Shown here: positions 9,830 to 20,976 of the stretch, in pieces
How positions within the stretch are numbered: the first letter of the stretch is position 1
Layout: each line of letters begins with the position of its first letter
NCBI GenBank assembly: GCA_963772725.1
Contig: CAVYYI010000003.1
Location: forward strand, 768,001-832,000
DNA: 64,000 nt
Reading direction: 5' to 3'
DNA from: an uncultured Phycisphaerales bacterium
Lineage (GTDB): Bacteria > Planctomycetota > Phycisphaerae > Sedimentisphaerales > Anaerobacaceae
The notes under the pieces: model-generated
The model's input: only the letters and a program-made list of their open reading frames with translations
Told to the model about the DNA's origin: nothing
The model's database searches: none
Program-made: the position numbers and the translations under genes

Positions 9830-11364
9830 GTAATGGGTCAGTTATGGGTGGGAGATATTGATTTTGCTGTAAGTATTAAGGTGTCAAGTTTATGGCGTAG
9901 GATTTCCGATAAAATCCACAGTTTGATGAGATAAGACAAACAAATCGGGAATAAACGCAGATGATTTACTGTCAGCAATGCCTTGAAAAACAACGTAAAA
10001 TCGATGAGCTTCAGGAACAGATAGTTTCACTCAAGGCAAAATTACGACACAAGGAAAGGACAGCCCAAGAAGGTTTTTTCGGCTCATCCACGCCATCCGC
10101 TAAAATTCCCATTAAGCCGAATTGTCAGATAGAACACACAAATAATTGCGGCGGAGGCAAAACAGGTCATAAAGGTCACGGCAGAACCGGTGTCTGTGAA
10201 AAAGATGCGGACTATGTGCAAAGGGTTGAGGCAGCCGATATATGCCCTGATTGCGGAAGCGTTTTGGAGAACAAAGGCACAAGACAACGAGCGGTAATTG
10301 ATTGCCAGCCTGTTAAGATAAAAAAGCTTCTGTATAATTTGGAACGCAAGTATTGTCCGCGATGCCAAAAGGTAGTTGCCGCCAAACCTCCTGGTGTTCT
10401 GCCAAAGTGTTTATATTCGAATAATCTGCTTGTCTATGTGGCAGTACAGCACTATATCTATGGCAATACACTGGGTCAGATAGAAAAACAAACAGGCATC
10501 GGCTACAGCAGTATAGTTGACGCTTTGCACCAGTTGGCAGGGATATTGAAAGATGTTCCCAAATCACTCATAGAAGACTATCGCAAGGCCGCTGTTAAGC
10601 ACGCTGATGAGACTGGTTGGCGGACAGACGGCCAGAACGGTTTCTCGTGGCTGTTTTGCACGCCTGATATTAGTATCTTTCGATTCCGCTCCAGCCGTTC
10701 TGCCCGTGTAGCCAAAGAGGTTTTTGGCGAAAAGCCCTTGCCGGGTGTTCTGGTTGTGGATCGCTATAACGGCTACAATAGGATGCCTTGTAAGATTCAA
10801 TATTGTTATGCACATCTATTGCGTAATGTTAAGGATTTGGAAAAAGATTTTCCCGAAAACGTGGAAATCAGGTCTTTCGTTGAAGCGTTGGTCTCCCAGT
10901 TGGCTAATGCAATCAGCCTTCGCACATTAGATATAACAGACCGACAGTTTAAGCGGCAGGCAGCTAAAATTAAGAGAGCCATCATCGATATTGTTAATCA
11001 CCATGCCAACCATCCGGCCATCCAGAATATGCAGGATATTTTTCGTGAAAAGGCCGATAGGCTTTACCACTGGGCCGATGACCGTAAGGTACCGGCAGAT
11101 AACAATTTGGCTGAACGAGAACTGCGTCCGCTTGTTATTGCCAGAAAGATAAGTTTCGGCTCTCAATCTGAAGATGGGGCAAAAACGCGTGAGATTCTTA
11201 TGACGGTATTACATACTATGCGAAAAAGATGTCCGGATGTTGTTGATGCCTTCAAGTCTGCCCTCGACAAACTTGCCGAACAGCCTGATATAGACCTTTC
11301 CAAAGTTCTCTTCCGTGCCGACTCATCATAACCTGCACCTGCCCACCCATAACTGACCCATTAC
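9830..11364 (+). mobile_element. IS66-family element, single-ORF (ISBst12-like), complete
   Basis: Perfect 23-bp TIR GTAATGGGTCAGTTATGGGTGGG; 8-bp TSD TGGGAAAG at 9822-9829 and 11365-11372. Confidence 0.92.
9961..11331 (+). CDS. IS66 transposase (TnpC)
   Basis: Zn finger CPDC...CPRC; HADETGW, CYAHLLR and DNNLAERELR. Confidence 0.93.
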   Translation: MIYCQQCLEKQRKIDELQEQIVSLKAKLRHKERTAQEGFFGSSTPSAKIPIKPNCQIEHTNNCGGGKTGHKGHGRTGVCEKDADYVQRVEAADICPDCGSVLENKGTRQRAVIDCQPVKIKKLLYNLERKYCPRCQKVVAAKPPGVLPKCLYSNNLLVYVAVQHYIYGNTLGQIEKQTGIGYSSIVDALHQLAGILKDVPKSLIEDYRKAAVKHADETGWRTDGQNGFSWLFCTPDISIFRFRSSRSARVAKEVFGEKPLPGVLVVDRYNGYNRMPCKIQYCYAHLLRNVKDLEKDFPENVEIRSFVEALVSQLANAISLRTLDITDRQFKRQAAKIKRAIIDIVNHHANHPAIQNMQDIFREKADRLYHWADDRKVPADNNLAERELRPLVIARKISFGSQSEDGAKTREILMTVLHTMRKRCPDVVDAFKSALDKLAEQPDIDLSKVLFRADSS

Positions 11365-11541
11365 TGGGAAAGAGAAAGACTCAAGACACAGGGACAAATT
11401 CGCCGGAGGCAGATAAACCCCGGCGTGGAGCGAATTTATTAAAAAAAATAAAAATATTTCTTGCAATATGTAATAGGATGATTATATTATGTGTAAACTT
11501 AGTATATTGCTAAGTGAGTGATATATGTTATATAAAGGCTG

Positions 11542-11793
11542 ATGAAAAAGATGAAAGAAACAGAGAATAAGCCGAATAACGGGGAAACGCGGGGACATAG
11601 ATTTAAGCGGATAGCCGCCAAGAGGACTAATGATATTATCCGGCGGATACGGATTCTGGGGAACTGCTCGAACAGGAGCGCTTATGATTACACGGAGGAG
11701 GAGGTGACTAAGATTTTCAATGCGATTAATAAAGAGGTTAAATCTGCCAATGCGAGATTTTCATTTGGCCGAAGGACAGAGTTTAAGCTATAA
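11542..11793 (+). CDS. Small basic protein heading the GHKL operon, possible regulator
   Basis: 83 aa, basic and helical (RFKRIAAKRTNDII...LGNCSNRSAYDY). Confidence 0.65.
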   Translation: MKKMKETENKPNNGETRGHRFKRIAAKRTNDIIRRIRILGNCSNRSAYDYTEEEVTKIFNAINKEVKSANARFSFGRRTEFKL

Positions 11794-11818
11794 TAGATAA
11801 ATATACATTTGCGGAGAA

Positions 11819-13648
11819 TTGATTATGGAAATAGAATTAAAGTTTCCTCCTATTTCCGGAGGACCTCATGATGGCCTAAACGATGGTAATATAGAAACAT
11901 TTGAGGGGGATGTGAATCACTATATTGCAAGAGAATGTCCACAAAACACAATTGACGCCGCAGTTAAAACAGGCAAAACTGTAGAATTATGTTTTGACCT
12001 AAAAAATGTGCCAATAAGTTTTTTCCCTTGCTTAGCAAACCTTACTTTTATTTTTAAAAGTTGTAAAGAATTCTGGACGCAGGACCCTAAGATTCAAAGA
12101 TTTTGCGATAATGCAATAGAATTTTTAAAAAAAGATAAAATCCCCATGCTAAAGATCAGTGATTATGGAACTACAGGATTGACAGGGGATGATTTTAATA
12201 AAACAGGCAGATGGTATGGACTAGTTAGGTCTAAAGGAGTTGCGAATAAGGATGTTGGTGCAGGTGGGTCTTTTGGTATAGGCAAAAGTGCGGCTCTAGC
12301 TGCGTCGGCATTGAGGACAGTTTATTATTTTACAAAGACATCAGACAATATTGCATTTCAAGGAGTTTCAAGATTAGTTACTCACGTTGATGATGATAAT
12401 AATGAAACTCAAGCAAATGGATATATTGGTTTTTATGATGGTGCAAAATACCATTCCGTTAGGGACGGCGACATTTCACTAATACCTAATCAATTTTTAA
12501 GAGATAAGGTAGGTACCGATATATATATTCCTGCTTATAGAGGCTCAGATAACTGGGAAAGTGATTTAATAGTTTCTGTTTTGAATGATTTTTGGTGTGC
12601 CATAGAAAATGGGATTATCAAATTCAGAATTGGAGACGAAATAATTGATAAATCGACTATCAAGCATTATATCAAGGAATATACCGGAATCAGCTTCTTA
12701 GATTCTGAGAGATTTTATAAAGCTTATAAAGGAGAGGCAAAGTATGAAAAGGAAATACCACCTATAGGAAAAGTAAAGTTGTTTCTCAAAGAAGAAGATG
12801 ATGAGAAAACAAAAGAAGTCGTTGTAATGCGCAAAAACTTAATGTTAATAGATAAGTGGAATTTTAATTTCAGAAAATCATTCAGCGGAGTTTTTATTTG
12901 TGACAATGAGGAGGGCAACAAACTTTTAAGAATGATGGAACCACCCAGACATGACGAATGGGATCCGACAAGACTTGATGAAAAAATAATCGGGAAAAAA
13001 GTTGGCAATAAAATTATTAAGAGCATTAAAGATTGGATAAGAGAATGTGCGCAAGACCTAATGCCATTACTTGAATCAGAGAGTTTTGAATTATCTGATA
13101 CAGCAAAATATCTGCCTGATATTTTGGATGACGATAATGATGAGCAATTTAATGGGGAGGGAAAAGATATACCTCGGGAAAATTTTGCCGCTATTCCCGT
13201 CAAACCTGAAATAAAATCCATGCCTGTTTTCGAGCCCCCAAATATTGTAGATAGGGGGATAGATGACGATAATGTAATTCTTAGGCATAAGGGAGGACAA
13301 GGCGGAGGAGGCGGAGGTGATGGTGGTGGCGGACAACCGAAAGGTGGGCATACAAAGGTGGGGTTAAAGACAAGATGTATTTATAATCACTCTGACAATA
13401 GTTATACGGTGATTTTAAGGTCTAAAGAGAATTTTAAAGGTAAAATTGCATTGCTATCTGTCGGAGAAGATAATGAAACCGAAGCTGTATATATTCAAAA
13501 AGCTTTTGAAGATTCCACGGAAATTCCATTATCCGATGGCAACAAATCATTACAAGTGGCAGTGACAGCAGAAGAAGTGAAGCGTTTAAAAGTTTTTATG
13601 ACACAAAATGAAATATTATCTTTAAGGTGTGCGGCTTATGGAAATTAA
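11819..13648 (+). CDS. GHKL (MORC/MutL/Hsp90-like) ATPase-domain protein
   Basis: Bergerat-fold motifs in order: RECPQNTIDA, ISDYGTTGLTG, GGSFGIGK, GTDIYI. An acidic/Gly-rich linker precedes a C-terminal domain. Confidence 0.75.
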   Translation: MIMEIELKFPPISGGPHDGLNDGNIETFEGDVNHYIARECPQNTIDAAVKTGKTVELCFDLKNVPISFFPCLANLTFIFKSCKEFWTQDPKIQRFCDNAIEFLKKDKIPMLKISDYGTTGLTGDDFNKTGRWYGLVRSKGVANKDVGAGGSFGIGKSAALAASALRTVYYFTKTSDNIAFQGVSRLVTHVDDDNNETQANGYIGFYDGAKYHSVRDGDISLIPNQFLRDKVGTDIYIPAYRGSDNWESDLIVSVLNDFWCAIENGIIKFRIGDEIIDKSTIKHYIKEYTGISFLDSERFYKAYKGEAKYEKEIPPIGKVKLFLKEEDDEKTKEVVVMRKNLMLIDKWNFNFRKSFSGVFICDNEEGNKLLRMMEPPRHDEWDPTRLDEKIIGKKVGNKIIKSIKDWIRECAQDLMPLLESESFELSDTAKYLPDILDDDNDEQFNGEGKDIPRENFAAIPVKPEIKSMPVFEPPNIVDRGIDDDNVILRHKGGQGGGGGGDGGGGQPKGGHTKVGLKTRCIYNHSDNSYTVILRSKENFKGKIALLSVGEDNETEAVYIQKAFEDSTEIPLSDGNKSLQVAVTAEEVKRLKVFMTQNEILSLRCAAYGN

Positions 13649-14501
13649 ATCAAGAAATTTTCCTCATCCAATAATGGCGCCATGGTCAGACGATGTGCAA
13701 CCATATAATTTAAGTTGCCAACTCAGTTCTGACTATAATAAAGAGAATTATTACTTTAATTATGACATAATATCTGATAATAAATATATTCTCAATCTTC
13801 TCAAAGATGGACATGCGAGGTTTGTTATTCATGTCGAATGTGGACGCACTTTTTATCGACGTATCATAAATGTTATTTGGCCAAATGCCCAAAATAAGGT
13901 AAGCGGTAAAATTGACATTTCTGCAACAGAGCTTGTCGGACATACAGAAGTTTCATTTTTTATTTGTGCCGATAGAGATATTTCAAATTACTTACCGGCA
14001 GGGGTACATACGGATTACGAAAATCAAGCCTTCCAATTAAAAAATGGTGATTTTATTGTAATTTGCGGCACCTTTAAATGCAACTGTAGGCAGGATTATG
14101 ATACATTACAAAAAATATCATCGATTGTTAGCTTTGTAAAAGACACTGAACGAAAAGAAGGACCAATGACAGTCGAATTCTTTAAGAATAAACTGATCGG
14201 GAAATTGCCTTCAAAACTTCATAAACAATATCTAAGCATGAAAGACAGGAAAGGCAACGCAAATATTTTGTCGGCATCGTTAGTGGTACCTGTTTTAATG
14301 GAAGGTTTAGCTTGTATTAAAAAAGAGGATGCTGAAAATGATTACGGGGATTATAGATGGTTTCGGGTTATTGTTAAAAAACTTAGAGATATTAAGTATG
14401 ATATAAAAAATGGCAACACATTGGAAGCTGCTCAACTTATATTAGAAATGCCATATGACAGAGTTGCTAAAGAATTAGAAAATATAGTATCATCTGATTA
14501 A
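13638..14501 (+). CDS. Hypothetical protein translationally coupled to the GHKL ATPase
   Basis: About 287-aa ORF overlapping the upstream stop codon; no motif recognised. Confidence 0.7.
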   Translation: MEIKSRNFPHPIMAPWSDDVQPYNLSCQLSSDYNKENYYFNYDIISDNKYILNLLKDGHARFVIHVECGRTFYRRIINVIWPNAQNKVSGKIDISATELVGHTEVSFFICADRDISNYLPAGVHTDYENQAFQLKNGDFIVICGTFKCNCRQDYDTLQKISSIVSFVKDTERKEGPMTVEFFKNKLIGKLPSKLHKQYLSMKDRKGNANILSASLVVPVLMEGLACIKKEDAENDYGDYRWFRVIVKKLRDIKYDIKNGNTLEAAQLILEMPYDRVAKELENIVSSD

Positions 14502-14515
14502 TAGAGGCAGATATT

Positions 14516-15220
14516 ATGAAAATACAATTTATTAAAGAAAAATATTTAAATCAACTTAGAAATTTAGCTAAAGAAAAGGAACGATGGTTAGAACGATGTG
14601 ATATCTCAAATCCATGGTTAACTAATTATTTTGGTCATGAAAATTGGTATGGCGATACTAACATTGAAATCCAGCAGAGTTTGGAACTTATAAACGGTGG
14701 GTCTGAAAGCGACCGAGAAAATTCAATTAAGGTATACGAATTCTTCAAAGATAAATTAACGCCTGTTCAAGCCTGCGATCAAAGGCTATGGGTTTTTTTA
14801 TGCCATGAAACCTGCTGGAATTATATGGTTGCGAGGTGGAAACCAGAAGTCGAAAGGGACATTAGCAGCCGTTATTTTTTAGATGGGAATGATAGCAGGG
14901 CATTGAGCCGAAATGGAATTGCAAGATTATGGTGGTTTGCACACTTAACTTATGACAAATCTAGAAAAGATCCATACGAACTTCTTGATGTGTTATTAAG
15001 TGATCAAAATGTTCAACATAATTTATTAGAACGTAATTTTGGAAGGAACAGATTAATTTTGCATACTATACTAGAATTTATAAAAACAAATTCTAAGGTT
15101 AGCAAAAAAGAGGATTATGAACAACTTGGTAAAATAATCAACAGATGGGGTGGAGTAAAATTGTTAGATTGTCTTACAAAAAATGAAATTATTGATTATC
15201 TTAATCAACGGTATAACTGA
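14516..15220 (+). CDS. DUF6339-like protein
   Basis: LTPVQACDQRLW, YMVARW and LSRNGIARLWW match the recalled family pattern. Confidence 0.65.
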   Translation: MKIQFIKEKYLNQLRNLAKEKERWLERCDISNPWLTNYFGHENWYGDTNIEIQQSLELINGGSESDRENSIKVYEFFKDKLTPVQACDQRLWVFLCHETCWNYMVARWKPEVERDISSRYFLDGNDSRALSRNGIARLWWFAHLTYDKSRKDPYELLDVLLSDQNVQHNLLERNFGRNRLILHTILEFIKTNSKVSKKEDYEQLGKIINRWGGVKLLDCLTKNEIIDYLNQRYN

Positions 15221-15228
15221 TTGCCAAA

Positions 15229-15657
15229 ATGGTGGATCACTTAACAAAAAATGCTCGAAGCTGGAATATGTCACGTATTAGGAGCAAAGATACAAAACCA
15301 GAGAAAATTGTTCGCTCAATGCTTCACAGGATAGGCTACAGATTCCGTCTCCACCGAAAAGATTTACCCGGAAAACCTGATATTGTACTTCCAAAATACA
15401 AGACTGTTATTTTCATTCACGGATGTTTTTGGCACAGACACAAAGGCTGTAAACGATGCACGACACCTTCAACAAATCAAAAATACTGGATTCCAAAATT
15501 GGAACACAATGTTGTTAAAGATAAGACGAACCAAAAAGTAATAAAGAAGAGCGGCTGGAAGCCTATAATTATTTGGGAATGCGAAACTAAAGATTTAGTT
15601 AAGTTATCCAAAAAGATAAATAAAGCACTTAAAACTAATCCCCAACGGGGTAGTTAG
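15229..15657 (+). CDS. vsr: Very-short-patch repair endonuclease
   Basis: RSWNMSRIRSKDTKPE, LPGKPDI, FIHGCFWH and IWEC. Confidence 0.95.
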   Translation: MVDHLTKNARSWNMSRIRSKDTKPEKIVRSMLHRIGYRFRLHRKDLPGKPDIVLPKYKTVIFIHGCFWHRHKGCKRCTTPSTNQKYWIPKLEHNVVKDKTNQKVIKKSGWKPIIIWECETKDLVKLSKKINKALKTNPQRGS

Positions 15658-16832
15658 ATTCAACAAATTCATATTCAATCTTCGCAAAGGTTTTAAGAAT
15701 CGAACTGAAAATAACCTCTGCACCTTCAGGAGGAACGGCCATTCCTATTTGTTTGCGGACTTCTTCTTTAGAGCCGATAAACTCGAAATCGTCAGGAAAA
15801 CTCTGAAGTTTAGCCCTTTCGCGATTTGTCAGAGCGCGATGTTCTTCCCAATGATATACATGTGTTCCGCCGCCTCCGCTGCCAGTTATCGTATAGGAGG
15901 GTTTATCTGGATGCAGACGGCGATAGATATGGCTCATTCTTGCTTTTGTACATCGCAGGCGGGCTTCATCAATCATACTGCATATTTTATAATCAGAGAG
16001 GTCAGCCAAATCTTTTTTATACCATGGTACTTTTTGAAGTATATCAAATCGTTCTTTTGGTTTCATTTCCAATAATTTATCTAAGAACCAGGCGTTTTCC
16101 CATTGGGGTGTAAATTTTAATCGCTGTACAATTCTCGGGGATTGTCTTGTTAATTCCTGATTAGATGCATCTTTTGTTATTTTACCAAGAGCCTTCTTGG
16201 CTGTCTCAAAAGGCTTTTTACCATAGCCGTGGGTTGTGGCCGGAACTTTGAAAAAAAGATTTTTATCTTTTTTTATTCCGACGATAATAAATCTGTGTCT
16301 ATATTGCGGTACACCGTATTCTTCAAATTTATATAAATGAGCAGTCAAATTATATCCATGTTTTCCAGCGATTTTAAAATCTCCTATGATTTTTTGAAAA
16401 GCTTCACCTTGATTTGCAGAATGAATGCCGCTGACGTTTTCAGCGATAAACCAAAATGGATCGGAATATTTGATTACCTCTATACCGGCTTTGTATAACG
16501 TGCCATATTGGCCGTTGACGCCATGCTGTTTGCCAACAAGGCTGAAATCATTGCAGGGAAAACCAAATGCTAAAGCAGTAATTTGTTTCTGATATGAAAT
16601 TTGGCTTTTGGAAAATTCCGTGGCATCTAAGCAAATGCCAACACCGCCATATTTATATTTTTTTATGATATTATGTTCGTATGATTGTATTGCTGTGGAG
16701 TCTTTATCAACGCCCCAGACATGGGAGATAGAAAATTTTTCCCCGTTTTTGGAATAAACGGGTTTGGCCAAACCTGCGCACTAACGCGAGGCCTCCTGGG
16801 CCGCAAAACAATTCGCCTAACCTAAAATCCAT
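15635..16832 (-). CDS. dcm: DNA (cytosine-5)-methyltransferase (frameshift near 16775)
   Basis: MDFRLGELFCGPGG (motif I) from ATG 16832 in another frame; GFPCNDFS, ENV, PQYRHR, RERAKLQSFPD and QIGMAVP. Confidence 0.9.
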
Positions 16833-16967
16833 AGTTACAGCAATTCCGAAAACTCAATTCTTGTTTTGGTCAAATTAAAGGACAGTATAATAATAAGTTC
16901 AAAGAATTTGAACAGGAATATTTTAATTGGGGGGTGCTATATGCGGAAAATAGGGGAAAAAAACAGT

Positions 16968-17735
16968 TTAGCCGTTGTTCATCCGGTAATATTCATCGAC
17001 TACGCCGACAAGGCGTGAAAGGACGAGTCTGCCCTCCGGGCTTGCCTCGAGGCCGACCATCTGAAGACCCAGCGATAAGCTTTTGCCGTCCGCGGTTGAA
17101 ACCACATTTCTAATCTGCGCGTTAAACGTCAGCGGTGTTTCGTTCGGCAGCGGAGTAAAGCGCAACCCGAGAAACTGGCCTTTCTCCAGGTCAGGCCCTT
17201 GTGCGGCGTCTATGACGATTTGAACGCCGCCTGTGGAAATATCGACAAGCTGTCCGTGCCATTCCTGCCTAATACCCGATTGATGACTATCGGAGGGATT
17301 CTGCCTGAGCCAGAAATAAACATCTGTCCCGACAGAGCTGGGGACATTCACGCGTAAATATGTCCTGCGCGGAATCACTTCAATGTGTTCAGGAACGGCG
17401 AGAACCAGCGAAGAGCAGCCAATCCTGGGGGGCGACGTTTCCACCGCGACAACACTGGTATCGAAAATGAACCTGTCATAGCCGGCGCCATAGCCGTACT
17501 TCAGCGAAATGCCGACGGATTGACCGGGGGCGATAGTTACCGGCTGGTTCTTTTTCTGGGGTGAAATTTTAATTTCGAAGCAGTCGCTGGCGAGGTCAAC
17601 AATCAGAATCCTGGCGCATTGCCACTGGCCGTCGGATTGATACGACATAATCGCGGGCAGCTTTCTGTCAGCGGCGCTCTGCAGAATTTTCGCCGGTTTT
17701 ACAGCGTGTAGCATTACTAACTCATTCACAGCCAA
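16968..17735 (-). CDS. YcgR-like PilZ-domain protein
   Basis: RRTYLR and DISTGG with an N-terminal extra domain. Confidence 0.8.
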   Translation of the reverse strand: MAVNELVMLHAVKPAKILQSAADRKLPAIMSYQSDGQWQCARILIVDLASDCFEIKISPQKKNQPVTIAPGQSVGISLKYGYGAGYDRFIFDTSVVAVETSPPRIGCSSLVLAVPEHIEVIPRRTYLRVNVPSSVGTDVYFWLRQNPSDSHQSGIRQEWHGQLVDISTGGVQIVIDAAQGPDLEKGQFLGLRFTPLPNETPLTFNAQIRNVVSTADGKSLSLGLQMVGLEASPEGRLVLSRLVGVVDEYYRMNNG

Positions 17736-17994
17736 ACTCCTGGTAAATCAGCCGTTTTTAAAACCTATCTTATTTTCCCGGCTGTAGTTGCAGCAACAGC
17801 CATATCGTTATATCGGCCGTTAACAAACTTACTTTACAATACAAATTTACAGCGTTTGCCCCTTTTTTTCGTCGAATTCAGCACGGCATGGATTATTAAA
17901 CTGATATACGATTTTTTTTGGGACGTTTACAGGATTTTTAAATTTACTAACATTTATCAATCCCATCTTTCTTTTATTGAACGATTATTCTTGA

Positions 17995-20593
17995 TTGTCA
18001 CGTGTCAAAACCTATAATAATCTTGTTTTAGGGAGATATATAGTGAACAAACAAGCGCGTGCGAATAAACCAATATATTCCTTTTTGCCAACCGAAGAAA
18101 TAGACGGGCTGGATTCTCTTGTCGAAATCGCTCTGGATATGCGATGGTCGTGGAGTCATTACGCCGACGATGTTTGGCGAAGACTTGACCCGGCGCTGTG
18201 GGACCTGACCCAAAACCTCTGGGTAGTTCTGCAGACTGTCTCGCGGGACAGACTTGAGCAGGTCTTGGCGGACAGCGCCTTCCGTAAAGAAATTGACGGC
18301 CTTGTGCGACACAAGAATCAGACCGCAAAAGCTCCGGCGTGGTTTCAGCAGAATTATCCCAAACCGCCTTTGACATGTGCGGCTTATTTCAGTATGGAAT
18401 TTATGCTGAGTGAGGCACTGCCGATTTATTCCGGCGGGCTTGGTAATGTTGCAGGTGACCAGTTGAAAGCCGCCAGCGATTTGGGCGTACCTGTAATTGG
18501 CATTGGCTTACTCTATCAGCAGGGTTATTTTCGCCAGGTGATTAATAAGGACGGCTCGCAGCAGGCTCTGTTTCCCTATAACGACCCCGGCCAGTTGCCA
18601 ATCACTCCTCTTCGCAAAGCCAATGGTGAGTGGCTGCGCCTGGAAATTGCGCTGCCGGGTTATTCAGTTTGGCTTAGGACATGGCAGGTTCAGGTCGGCA
18701 GGGTCAAACTGTACCTGCTTGATACGAATGACGCAGCGAACTTTCCGGCTCACAGGGGAATTACCAGCGAGCTTTACGGCGGCGGTACGGATTTACGCCT
18801 TAAGCAGGAACTCGTGCTTGGTCTGGGTGGATGGAGGCTGCTGTGTGCGCTCGGTATCCAGCCGGAGGTATGCCACCTCAATGAAGGCCACGCCGCTTTC
18901 GCCGTACTTGAGCGGGCCAGAACTTTTATGGAAGCTACCGGCCAGCCTTTTGAAGTCGCTCTTGCCGCCACACGCGCCGGCAACATCTTCACAACTCATA
19001 CGGCTGTCCCTGCCGGCTTTGACCTTTTCCCGCCCGCACTTATCGAACAATATCTTGGAAAATATGCCAAAAATAGACTGGCCATTTCGATTAACGATTT
19101 GCTTGCTCTCGGCAGGCTGAACCCGAACGATTCTTCGGAACCTTTCAATATGGCTTACCTGGCCATAAGAGGCAGCGAAATGATTAACGGTGTCAGCCGC
19201 CTGCACGGCAAGGTCAGCCGCCAAATTTTTCAATCCCTATTTCCACGCTGGCCTCAGGACGATGTCCCCGTCGGACATATTACAAATGGTGTCCACATGC
19301 CCACGTGGGATTCCGCCGAGGCTGATGAACTCTGGACTAATGCCTGCGGAAAAAAACGCTGGCTCGGAACTATGGAAACCGTCGAAAAAGACATCCGCTG
19401 TGTCTCCGATTCTCGCCTCTGGAAATTTCGCAATGACGCCCGAAAATCTCTCATCGACTTTACCCGCGAACGATTGTCCCGGCAGCTTGCGGAGACGGGC
19501 TTATCGTCTGAGGCTGTTGAACAGGCAAAGCATCTGCTCGACCCAAACGCCTTAACTCTCGGGTTTGCGCGCCGCTTTGCCACTTACAAAAGACCCAATC
19601 TCCTGCTGCATAATCCGCAGAGGCTGCTTAAACTGCTGACCAATTCTAATCGCCCAGTTCAAATCATTATAGCAGGTAAAGCGCATCCAGCGGATAAGGC
19701 CGGCCAAGCCCTGATTCAGGAATGGTCTAATTTTATCAGGCGCTCTGATGTGCGCCCGCATGCCGTTTTCCTCAGTGATTACGATATGCACTTGACCGAA
19801 CATCTCGTTCAGGGCGTCGATGTATGGTTAAACACTCCCCGGCGACCTTGGGAGGCCAGCGGTACAAGCGGGATGAAAGTCCTCGTCAATGGCGGCATCA
19901 ATGTCTCCGAGCTCGAACGGCTGGTGGGCAGAAGCCTACAAACCCGAGCTTGGCTGGGCAATTGGCGATGGTCAGGAACACGATGAAGACCTCGAATGGG
20001 ACGCCGCAGAAGCCGAGAGTTTATACAACCTCCTTGAAAATGAGCTGATACCGGAATTTTATTCCCGTAACGGCAACGGAATTCCCAAAGCCTGGGTATC
20101 GCGTATCCGTGAAAGTATGGCTTTGCTTACGCCGCGTTTTTCCGCCAATAGAACCGTCCGAGAATATACCGAACATCGCTATCTGCCCGCCGCCAAAGCT
20201 TACCTGCACCGTGCTGCCGATAAAGCAGCCGCAGCCAAACAAATCGTCGATTGGCAGAAAATTATTAAAGAGAACTGGGCCGCTGTGCGTTTTGACGAAG
20301 TAAAAATCAAAACCGAAAATGAAAAGTACCTCTTTGAGGTAAAAGTAAGTCTCGGCAATATCAATGCCGATTGGGTGGAAGTCGAACTTTACGCCAATGG
20401 AATCAACGGCCAATCCCCCGTTCGCCAGAAAATGATGCGAGTCCGCCAGCCCGTAACTACAAACGGTGAGCATACTTACGTCGCTTCAGTATCTGCGGCC
20501 CGACCAGCAGACGACTATACTCCTCGGCTTATACCGCACCACAATGGGGCCGCCGTTCCTTTGGAAGCCTCTGAAATATTATGGCAAAAATAA
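17995..20593 (+). CDS. glgP: Alpha-glucan (glycogen/maltodextrin) phosphorylase (frameshift near 19910)
   Basis: YFSMEF, YSGGLG, HLNEGH, ARRFATYKR and EASGTSGMK; C-terminus (GWWAEAY...) in the next frame. Confidence 0.92.
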
Positions 20594-20848
20594 CTTGTGT
20601 TGCTTATTAGCACATCTGTATGTTGACTTTTGTAAACATTGCCCTAAACTCTTATGTTTTTTAACATAAGGAAAATCCTTAGTGTAAAGATAGTCAGATT
20701 TATCGGAATCGGCGTTGCAAAAAAACAACGTGCCGACAAAATACAATCGTTCCTTTTTTACGAAAAAAAATCTTCTGAAAATCTTAACTATTCCTTTTTA
20801 AGGTTGTTAGGAAAAAATATGACCATAATTTTTGTTATTGATTTCAAC

Positions 20849-20864
20849 TGGCATAATCTTTGCT
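20849..20864 (+). promoter_or_regulatory. Sigma-54 (-24/-12) promoter
   Basis: TGGCATAATCTTTGCT with exact GG-N10-GC spacing; no long plus-strand ORF follows. Confidence 0.65.
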
Positions 20865-20976
20865 CCTTACTTTTCCATAAGCCCAAAAAGGCATAGGATT
20901 TTGGGCGGACGTCCTTAAAAAAACTTTTTGGAGGAGGATATGTCCGCCCGATTTCGATTATATTCAGAGTCTTAAA

